A DNA stretch of 64,000 nucleotides from Eledone cirrhosa (Eukaryota), in contig OZ024750.1 in the NCBI GenBank assembly GCA_964016885.1, forward strand, positions 4,712,001-4,776,000, written 5' to 3'. Below are positions 54,889 through 64,000 of this stretch, piece after piece. The notes beneath the pieces are model-generated. The model had not been told where the DNA came from, searched no databases, and saw only the letters and a list, made by a program, of their open reading frames with translations. The translations under genes and the position numbers were made by a program. How positions within the stretch are numbered: the stretch's first letter is position 1; every line of letters begins with the position of its first letter.

Positions 54889-55776
54889 GCCGCCAGTTCC
54901 ATTCATTTTTCCAAGTAATATTTCATTATATTACTATATTAACTGATAAAGAATTAGAGAGGTGTTCAGCTTAAAGAATTCAGCAATGCATAACATGATT
55001 ATTTGTGACAGTTTTAATTCAAATTTACTACTGACTTCCTTTCAAATATTGTTGTTGTTACTGTTGTCTACCTTTACTACATCAACTGTAAAATGGAAGA
55101 AAAATGTTAACCATGCTGTTTTGATCAACTTCTATCCAGTTTTTCCATTCATCTTATTTCCATTCCCTTCCTTTATCATATTTCCAGTGAAAGTTGCTGC
55201 CTTGTGGCCTTCAAATCATTTTGTAAATAATCAAAAATTTGAAGAGATTCAGTAATATAACTGTCTCATTATTAACCCTTTAGCATTTAAACTGGCCATA
55301 ACCGGCTGTTCATACTGACATTATGGTATTGTTCTCAAAATAAATGATGATGGTGATGGCAATGATGATGATTAGAAGGAGGAGGAAGATGATGGTGATG
55401 GCAATGATGATGAAACTATATTAGTTCCAAGAATTGCTTTAAGCCAGATTTAAATATAGTTGAATAACAAAACACTGTAAAGTCTACAACAATACATGTC
55501 TTTTAGAAACAACACTGGCAGACGACCAAATTTTTACAAAGAACTTCAGAATTAAAATAGCTAAAATAATTCCAGGCCAACAGTGAAGCAGAAAAAAAAA
55601 ATTATCACAAAGCTTTTTTTTTAAATTATTTTTCCATTTTTTTTTTTTTTACAATTTGCGTTGGAGGGAAAATAGAGTTGGAGAGAGAATATATATTTAT
55701 GCTTTGCTATGTATTGAATACCTTACTTACTGTGGTTAGCGCCAATTCAACCCGGGATAAACTTTATATATATATA

Positions 55777-55980
55777 TGGCTGAATGGTTAGAGAATTGGA
55801 TTCACAATCTTGAGGTTGTGGGTTCGATTCCTGGACCGGGCGATGTGTTATGTCCTTGAGCAAGGCACTTTATTTCACACGTTGCTCCTTCTACTTGGAG
55901 TTGCGACCGATAGATAGTACTAGCAACTGGAAAGACCAACGAAAACATTGTTTCCTTGGTCCGATTTGATGAAAGTCGAT
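55777..55980 (+). mobile_element. Group 2 tRNA-SINE
   Basis: tggctgaatggttag A box, gggttcgattcc B box, ccttgagcaaggcactttatttcac core. Confidence 0.85.
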
Positions 55981-56136
55981 CGATATATACATATATATAT
56001 AGAGGTGGGGGAGTGTGTGTGTGTATATTTATACACATACATTTGTATTTGGCTTAAAGAGGTGACTAAAAAGGAAGGAAATCTCGCTGTAAAATATTGC
56101 CTCAGAAAAGATCTGATGATCAGTATGAAGGATTAA

Positions 56137-56332
56137 CCCTTTAGCATTTAAACCAGCCATATCCAGCCAGAATTCTCTCACCTGTTTCTCTTCAAACCGG
56201 CTGTAACTGGCTACTCATACAGATGTTAAGGTATTGTTCCCAAAATAAATATCAAAATCTCAGATTCTATATTGTGAGGTTAAGCCTTTACTGTGAAAAT
56301 GCAATAGTATATATAGAGTAAATGCTAAAGGG
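56137..56332. mobile_element. piggyBac-type MITE family A
   Basis: Perfect TTAA-CCCTTTAGCATTTA / TAAATGCTAAAGGG-TTAA ends. Confidence 0.92.
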
Positions 56333-56445
56333 TTAACCCCTGCAAGCATTAACCTCTGCTTCAAAGGGGTAAAATATGATTTTGTTCTGTGAGGTTATTT
56401 CAAGAGACTGAAAGGAAAACAACAATGATTTCTTGAAATTCTTAC

Positions 56446-56486
56446 CTTTTTGTTCTTCGTGCAGTATAGGTTTTAGGAACATGGTC
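56446..56486 (-). CDS. PAWR: PAWR-like small internal exon (DHVPKTYTARRTK + 2 nt)
   Basis: Pyrimidine tract plus cttcag acceptor, AG|GTAAG donor, 41 nt. It bridges the phase-0 upstream exon to the phase-2 start of the next exon exactly. Confidence 0.75.
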
Positions 56487-56703
56487 CTGAAGAAAACAGA
56501 AACATAGAAATGTCACATACATTCACAATTGACACAATTGAGATTGGCATTACAATTTCAGAGGAACACAGGAACATTATATATATATATATATATATTA
56601 AAGATTTAAACAAGATTCAATGAGTATATCAGAGAATAAGTTTTACAGTAGATTGGAAGCACTCTACGGAAAAATAATTTTCCAGAGTTATTAATATTAA
56701 AAT

Positions 56704-56810
56704 ACAAATATTAATAAAATAGATGTTCTTTTGATCAATTTCATTTTATTATGAAATATGTATAATAAAATGTAATTGATCAAAAGAACATCTATTTTAT
56801 TAATATTTGT
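56704..56810. repeat. AT-rich inverted repeat with ~50-bp arms
   Basis: acaaatattaataaaatagatgttcttttgatcaatt / aattgatcaaaagaacatctattttattaatatttgt. Confidence 0.88.
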
Positions 56811-57017
56811 TTTTTTATATATATATATTATTAGTAGTAGTAGTGATTAAAAGTTTATGCAAAAAAAACTTCTGCTTTCACCCTTATTGAGTCCTCTTTA
56901 GCTTTCGGTCTCTGTATACATCAGCAGCATCAGCATCATTTTACGTCCGCTTTTCTCTGCTTGCAAGGGTGGCAGGACTAGAACTGTTTCATTCAGGAGA
57001 AATCATCAGCAAGCCCA

Positions 57018-57066
57018 GCTTCCTGATGATTTCTCCCAAATGAAACAGTTCAAGTCCTGTAGAAGC
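57018..57066 (+). ncRNA. Type I hammerhead-like motif inside a palindromic element (56976-57150)
   Basis: gcuuc-CUGAUGA-uuucucccaaau-GAAA-cag-uucaaguc-cug-UA-gaagc. Stems I and III pair; stem II is weak with a U-U at 10.1-11.1. Confidence 0.6.
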
Positions 57067-57232
57067 CTTTTCTATATTCAATATTTATACTCTGCTTTGT
57101 ATTGAGTACCTTACTTACTGCGGTTACCCCCGATTGAACCTGGGATAAACTTATATATATATATACAAAGAGCAAAAGCTATTATTATTATTAAAGTAAC
57201 TGTTTTTCGTTTATTATTTATATATATATAAA

Positions 57233-57632
57233 GGGCGGTGGATTGGCAGTATCGGTAGAGGGTCGGACGCCATGCTTTCCAGCATAGTTACGTCCCTTTA
57301 CGATCTGAGTTCAAGTCCCGCCGAGGTTGACTTTGCCTTTCATCCTTACGGGGTCGATAAAATAAAGTACCAGTAAGCCACTGGGTGATTGCTGGCCTTG
57401 TGCCTAAAGTAGAAACAATTATTTATATATATATATATATATAAATAATAATTGTTTCTACTTTTGGCACAAGGCCAGCAATTACTCAGTACATTACTGG
57501 TACTTTATTTTATCAACCTCATAAGGATGAAAGGCAAAGTTAACCTCGGCGGGATTTGAACTCAGAATGGCAAGGGCCGTAACTCTATGCGTCAAAGCAT
57601 GGCGTCCGACCCTCTACCGATACTACCAATCC
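57233..57632. mobile_element. Tail-to-tail pair of near full-length group 1 SINEs (plus 57233-57424, minus 57444-57632)
   Basis: Both have A/B boxes, core and tail; separated by about 20 bp of (TA)n. Confidence 0.92.
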
Positions 57633-57873
57633 AAACGATAAACAGTTACTTTAGATCATCGCAATTTATTTTATTATACGTATTTCGAAGATGTAAGGCT
57701 TATGTATAACATCACCCAAAACATGGGATGGTGTAAAGCAAATCTCTTGTTTATTATTATTATTATTATAAAACTACGGTTAAACATATACAGTCAAGTG
57801 TTTGAAATCTGTTATATATAAGTCAGCTGATTCTAAAGCAACTGACTCGTTTTCATTGAACAAATATATATAT

Positions 57874-59367
57874 CATCATCATCATCATCATCATCACCGT
57901 TTTACGTCTGTTCTTCCACGTTAGCATGGGTTAGACGGGTTGTCCTGTTGTGGGCAGTGTCTGGTCGGCTGACCATGCCTTGCTCATACAGGAACTGATT
58001 TGGCTTGATTTCTACAGCTGGATGCCCTTCCTTACACCAACCTCATTTACAGTGAGTGCTGGGTGCTTTTTCGTGGCGCCTACACGTCCACTTTACAGTG
58101 TGGGCTGGGTGTTTTTTTGCCGTGGCACCTCCACGACCACCTTGCCGTGGGGGGTGTGGGGGCATATTGTCTATATGCTTCAGCTTGTACCCATGGGAGG
58201 TCGGGTACTCTGTATTACTGCGTGACGCCAGAGGTCACGGTCGTGTGTCATTGCCTTTGAGAGGTGTAATTGGGTACGGTCGGCTTTTATCACCTCATCC
58301 CAGGTCATCTTGGGTCTCCCCACTCCGCGGTTTCCATCGACTTCTAGTGCTCTGCACCTTTTTATGCAGCTGTCATCCTTCATACGCATCACATGTCCAT
58401 ACCAGCGCAACCGCCTCTCCTGCACACAGCATTTGATTCCTCTTATGCTCAGTCTCTCTCTCAATTCATTTATGCTTTGTCGTTCACGTATATTACTGTT
58501 ACACATCCATCGGAGCATGCAGGCTTCGTTTCTCTCTAATCTACGCAAGTCTTCCACCTTCAGCGCCCAGGTCTCACTACCATGCAACATCGCTGTTCGG
58601 ATACACGCATCATACAGTCTGCCTTTCATTCTGAGGGAGAAGCCTTTTGCAGCTAGCAGTGGTAGTAGTTCCCTAAACTTCTTCCATCTCGTTCTTACCC
58701 TAGTTATTGTACTTTCTGAACACCCACATCTGCTGCTAATTCACTTACCTAGATAGCAGAAGCTGTCTACTGTTTCTACAGAGCCCTCCCAGAGATTGGT
58801 GGTACTTGTTTACTGTGGCTGTTTGCTGCTTGCTGTCCCAGCACAGCTGCTGCATGTGAAGCCTACATTCTTACTTAAGCTTCCTGAGATCCCGCTACAT
58901 CTCTTGTGTACCCATTGTTTGCATTTGGGGCAGAGAATGGAGTTCCTACCTACACCTTTCCTACATACTGAGCAAGGCCATTTCCCTGAGGGGATCTGGG
59001 TTCTGTTTTCTCGTCTACTTACAAGGACCTTAGTCTTTGTCATGTCGACTTTGAGACCCTGTCTTTCTAGTCCCTGCTTCCAAGTTTGGAATTTATTCTC
59101 TAGTTCTACCATAGATTCAGCTATAAGTGCGAGGTCATCAGCATACAGGAGTTCCCATGGGCATCCGGTCTTAAACTCCTCCGTTATTGCCTGCAGGACT
59201 ATGATGAACAGGAGGGGGCTAAGAACAGAGCCCTGGTGGACCCCAACCTGTACGCTAAATTCCTCGCTATACTCATTACTAATCCTAACTTTGCGGACTG
59301 CTCCCCTATACATGGCTTGTACCGCTTTCACAAGCCATTCATCTACTCCTAGTTTTCTAAGAGCCCA

Positions 59368-59369
<2 letters not shown>
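57874..59369 (-). mobile_element. 5'-truncated RTE-clade LINE (RT C-terminal half, Cys-rich finger, 3' UTR, (GAT)n tail); disrupted
   Basis: GVHQGSVLSPLLF, LLYADDLAL, FCYLG, LHGSETW, RRLRWYGHVMR and GRPK motifs; in-frame stop at 58810-58812 and a frameshift near 58742; (TA)n on both sides. Confidence 0.95.
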
Positions 59370-59465
<96 letters not shown>

Positions 59466-59608
59466 GAAAGTTATCGAAAGTATTGTAGCAAGAAATATCT
59501 ATATATATATATAGATAGATATTATATATATATATATGTTAAGTATTTCCGAAGAAAAAGCAAAGGAAAAAAGAGTGCTCTATGTATAAAACAGAGCTAT
59601 TTAATTAG

Positions 59609-59780
59609 AAAGTGAACAACACAATATATAACTACTCCATTACCAAAGGTTTAGGAACCTAGACAACACTAACATACGTCTAGTTCGCTCATCTGATGAG
59701 CAACCTAGACGTATGTTAATATTGTCTAGCGTCCTGAAACCTTTGGTAATGGAGTAGTTATATATTGTGTTGTTCACTTT
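59609..59780 (+). mobile_element. Palindromic Penelope-like element centred on a hammerhead core
   Basis: About 85-bp inverted arms meeting at gctcatc/tgatgagc; cau-CUGAUGA-(cuagac..gucuag stem)-GAAA-cc-uuu-gg-UA-aug at 59690-59751. Confidence 0.65.
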
Positions 59781-60257
59781 ATCATTATTTGATGTCTATT
59801 TCCGTTGCTAGCAAGGGTTGGTACATATTCTCACAGACCAAGTCACTACTGACCTCTCAGTTCCCCATACTGAGTACATGTTACCATGACCCCAGCACTA
59901 GGGATGTTGTCATGACTTTGACACAACCAAAGAATCTCTCTAAGACTCATGAAATACATTGTTACAAGAACAAAAAAATTTATCTAATAAACCAGAAAAC
60001 ATAGAAAACTGAAATATATAACTTTTGGTGCAGATATAACTTTGTGGGTAATGACTTCACTTGCTACCCCCTGTGTGGGTCTGGGTTCAACCCTGCTGTG
60101 TGGCACCTTGGGCAAGGGTCATCTACTGTGGCTTTGGATTAAACTTTTATTATGTTCCAAATACCAGCTTAATAATGAGAATGTTTGTTATATTACTAAA
60201 TCCCTCCAAATTCTTGATTATTTTAAAAATTATAAGCAGAGGGTTTCTTTGGAAATA

Positions 60258-60592
60258 TAATAATAATTGTTTCTACTTTTGGCACAAGGCCAGCAATTAC
60301 CCAGTACATTACTGGTACTTTATTTTATCGACCCTGTAAGGATGAAAGGCAAAGTTAACCTCGGCGGGATTTGAACTCAGACTGGCAACGGCATTTCTTT
60401 GGAAATATAATAATAATTGTTTCTACTTTTGGACAAGGCCAGCAATTATCTCAATGCATTACTGGTACTTTATTTTATCAACCCCGTAGGGATGAAAGGC
60501 AAAGTTAACCTCAGCGGGATTTGAACTCAGATCATAAAGTGACGTAACTATGCTGGAAAGCATGTCCGACTCTCTACCGATTCTGCCAATTC
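60258..60592 (-). mobile_element. Two tandem group 1 SINEs at one target site
   Basis: Duplicated tttctttggaaatataataataat at 60244 and 60394. Confidence 0.85.
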
Positions 60593-61419
60593 ACTGAAAT
60601 ATAATAATGGAAGTTAATCTTTATCCCGAGTAACATAAATACATTTCTTAATCAACAGAAATCATTTTCGGAAACAAACTATAACATTTATATTTTAACA
60701 AATTATATTTAAGAAATCAAATAAATACTTTTCATGAAATGTGTATTTTGTGTCATTAAAGAGAAATGGTGCAGAACTCATGTGACAGTTGAAGTGCGTG
60801 TTGAAACATTTGGTGCAGGTGTCACACTCATGCTAAGAAAGGATGTCAATAACATCATCTTCAAATACTAAGGTGAACTATGACATTTGACCCATTTATA
60901 TGCATGGTTTTATGGAAAACAACAATGATATGATAGTGGTGGTGGTAGAGATAATGGAGGTAAGGGTGGTGGCAATGGTAGTGGCTCAACTTACCAAGGA
61001 GCACTTGGTTGACATCCAAACTGTTGTTGTCGTTGTTATTGTTGCTTTACAAATCATACCGATACAGGTTTAACTGGTCTCCTACAAATTTGCATCTCAG
61101 AGGAGATTTCTCAGGTGATTTTATGACAGAGGGGCCCTCAGTTTTACCATAGTTCTACACTCAGTACATATGTAAATACCCATCACACACTGTGTGACTT
61201 TTTCAAGAGTTAAGGGCTCGTGGTATGACACAGGTATACTTACTCAGGCTGAGCTCCCACCCAGACCAAATAGGTCTTCTATTTTGTCCTTCCAGTATGT
61301 GATAACTAACAAAGGTCACAGACTCCTGAGATGGGTTCTCTGTATATGTCTAAATAAATATATATATATATAATGTTATTTTGCCTTTCAGAAGGTGATA
61401 CTAACATCTACTGTTCCCC

Positions 61420-61975
61420 CTCATCTTCATCATTTTACGTCCACTTTTACATACTTCCATAAGTTGGACCTGTTCATTCCATCTAACATAGCCTCTTTCA
61501 ACAGATTCATTCCAGCATAGCCTCCTTCAACAGATTCATTCCAGCATAGCCTCCTTCAACGTCTCTGTGATGTTCAGTGTTCTGAGTTCTGCTCTCACCA
61601 CCTCTGTCCAGGTTTTTCCTCGGTCTTCCTCTATTGCAGCTTCCTTCCACTGGTAACTCCTGACACTTTTTTGCCCAATGATCATATGAAATATCCATAC
61701 CAGCACAATCTTATCTCCAACACATAACTAACATCTGATTCCTACAAAGCCTAACTGTTTGTCTTAAAGTGTTACTCCAATGACCCTTCTGACAAACCCC
61801 ATTTCGGCCGCTTGTATTCTCGATCATATTCCTTTGGTCATCACCCAAGATTCATGACCATAGGTAAGGGTTGCCATGTATACTGAATTGAAGATTGCTA
61901 ATTTGGCTTTTACACCTACCTCCCTTCTTCTGATGACTGAGTGCTAAAGCTTGTGCATTAATGCACCAGCTCCTG
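61420..61975 (-). pseudogene. Degraded RTE fragment(s)
   Basis: WAKKCQELPVEGSCNRGRPRK peptide and a matching tail; upstream yghetw-like remnant. Confidence 0.7.
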
Positions 61976-61976
61976 C

Positions 61977-62196
61977 ACTTTACCATTTATGTTACTCTAT
62001 ATATACTATTGTATTTTCACAGTAAAGACTTTATCTTACATAATTATCTCACATAATATCAAATCTATGAGATTTTGACATTATTTATTTTGAGAACAAT
62101 AACTTAACGTCGTTATGAACAGCCAGTTACAGCCGGTTTGAACAGAAAGGGGTGAGAGAATTCTAGCCAGATAGAGCCAGTTTAAATGCTAAAGGG
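61977..62196. mobile_element. piggyBac-type MITE family A, opposite orientation, left TIR damaged
   Basis: Right end taaatgctaaagggttaa; the interior is the reverse complement of 28994-29213. Confidence 0.85.
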
Positions 62197-62662
62197 TTAA
62201 TTCAGCCTCCTAAAAACAGCCCTGAGATATTTGAACTTCTCCATCTGCTTCACATACAGAGAATAATTAGTAACCCAGATAACAATTACTGACTTCTTGG
62301 AAACCTAGTTCAACAATGGGAAACTGGTTATTTTAATATGTAGAAATTTATCTTAATACCTCCCATCATAATATTATGCAAGAATCTTTGTTAAGTTATG
62401 TTCCAATCATCAATTTGGAAATGACAAAGTTAGTTATATTACTAAATCTTTCTGAATTCGTCATTATTTTCAAAATGATTTCACAACGATAGGAAATGCT
62501 ATTCATTAGAAATATGGCATTGAAAGGGTTAAATGAAATCTATTTTAGTCTGACCTATGCATATTCCTGAAGCTATTATTTCAACCAATTCCAGATGAAT
62601 AACATTCTTTATGCCATCCATTATTTCAAGAGATAAAGAGAGGAATGCTTGGTGCAACTTAC

Positions 62663-62785
62663 ATCAGATGCCATAGAGGAATTCCGACTATCTGCATGTA
62701 TTACCTCATTAAATGTCGTATTCCTTTTGGTCTCTAAGGCAATCTTGTCACTATCATCTTCATCATCAAGTGAATCTCCAGTGCT
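62663..62785 (-). CDS. PAWR: PAWR/Par-4-like gene, most 5' exon visible (STGDSLDDEDDSDKIALETKRNTTFNEVIHADSRNSSMASD)
   Basis: tttcag acceptor, GTAAGT donor, 123 nt, phase 0-0. The acidic patch plus NTTFNE resembles the vertebrate Par-4 segment LDEYEDDE...NTIQNE (from memory). Confidence 0.8.
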
Positions 62786-62805
62786 CTGAAAGATATAATA
62801 ATAAT

Positions 62806-63420
62806 ATGTGGAATATAAAAACAGAAACAATACCTATAATAATAGGTGCTCTAGGAATGATAAAAAAACATCCAGAGAAATACATAACCAAAACCCCAGG
62901 ACTTACAAATATATACAACATACAGAAGATAGCACTACTAGGTACTGTATATATATTATATAGAGTACCACAGGACTTACAAATATATACAGCATACAGA
63001 AGATAGCACTACTAGGTACTGTATATATATTATATAGAGTACCACAGGACTTACAAATATATACAGCATACAGAAGATAACACTACTAGGTACTGTATAT
63101 ATATATTATATAGAGTACCACAGGACTTACAAATATATACAGCATACAGAAGATAGCACTACTAGGTACTGTATATATATTATATAGAGTACCACAGGAC
63201 TTACAAATATATACAGCATACAGAAGATAACACTACTAGGTACTGTATATATATTATATAGAGTACCACAGGACTTACAAATATATACAGCATACAGAAG
63301 ATAGCACTACTAAGTACTGCACACAGATTAGGAAAAGTACTATCAATACAATAGAAACTGCACATACCCAAGGTGCACAGAGCTGTGCTCGGTAAAGCAG
63401 TAATGATGCGCAATAAAAAT
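62806..63420 (+). mobile_element. R4/Dong-like RLE retrotransposon 3' end with an internal 74-bp tandem array
   Basis: MWNIKTETIPIIIGALGMIKK...IQKIALLGT...AHRLGKVLSIQ*; preceded by (TAA)n; six copies of caggacttacaaatatatac... at 62897, 62971, 63045, 63121, 63195, 63269. Confidence 0.8.
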
Positions 63421-63512
63421 ATTTCTTATATAGGCACAAGGCCATCAATTTTGGGGAAGGGGAAAGTCGATTAAATCAACCCCAGTGCGTGACAGGTACT
63501 TTATTTTATCGG

Positions 63513-63728
63513 GACACTGCATCCTTCAAAACTTCCATGCTTCCCAAAATTCGCCAACACTCCACCTGATATTCCACTCTCCATACACACGCACACATGT
63601 GTGTGTGTCTGTCTGTGTGTATATTATGACTCATACACTTGACTTTCCTGACATTTCTACATTATTCTATGTACTATATATGCACCTTTGATGAGTTGTA
63701 GTGCACCTGAGCACTGTACACAATAATT
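63513..63728 (+). mobile_element. CR1 3' end (family of 36275-38013) adjoining a truncated group 1 SINE (63425-63512)
   Basis: Reverse-complement match to 36325-36525. Confidence 0.85.
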
Positions 63729-63779
63729 GTATATTTAATTTCATGTAAGGACCTTTAAGTTATATTCTAAACACCAACT

Positions 63780-63955
63780 AAATAATTGTTTCTACTTTTT
63801 GGGCACAAGGCCAGCAATTATCCCAGTGCATTACTGGTACTTTATTTTATTGACTCTGTAAAGATGAAAGACAAAGTTAACCTCGGTGGGATTTGAACCC
63901 AGGACGTAAAGGGCCATAACTCTATGCTGTAAAGCATGGTGTCTGACGCTCTACT
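63780..63955 (-). mobile_element. Group 1 tRNA-SINE
   Basis: Core, B box and tail. Confidence 0.85.
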
Positions 63956-64000
63956 GTGAAAGTTAGATCCTTCCATATTCTTGATTATTTAAAAAGTTAT

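Noticed and set aside
55777-55850. tRNA gene candidates (A/B boxes) here and at other SINE heads
   Set aside because: No complete cloverleaf; they continue into SINE core sequence and are multicopy.
58056-59467. Plus-strand ORFs of 126-223 aa
   Set aside because: Antisense shadows of the minus-strand RTE ORF.

Overview
AT-rich, microsatellite-dense animal genomic DNA, not prokaryotic. The tRNA-derived SINE set, RTE/CR1 LINE remnants and very high (TA)n/(CA)n/(GGT)n load suggest a coleoid cephalopod such as Octopus (inference). The one well-supported gene is a minus-strand PAWR/Par-4-like gene. I assembled five phase-compatible GT-AG exons by hand (62785-62663, 56486-56446, 53424-52893, 52248-52144, 48598-48506), giving about 297 aa that end in a Par-4-type leucine zipper; the 5' exons lie beyond the window. 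The rest is mostly repeats: two tRNA-SINE groups, RTE, CR1 and restriction-like-endonuclease (RLE) LINE fragments, piggyBac-type and other MITEs, and minisatellites, several of them amplified from retroelement 3' ends. Most long ORFs in the track are microsatellite artefacts. The most unusual signal is a set of several unrelated short, often palindromic, (TA)n-embedded elements carrying type I hammerhead ribozyme cores (CUGAUGA...GAAA...UH), resembling Penelope-like pLTRs or non-autonomous retrozymes. Repeat boundaries are approximate and all similarities are by eye; no searches were run.
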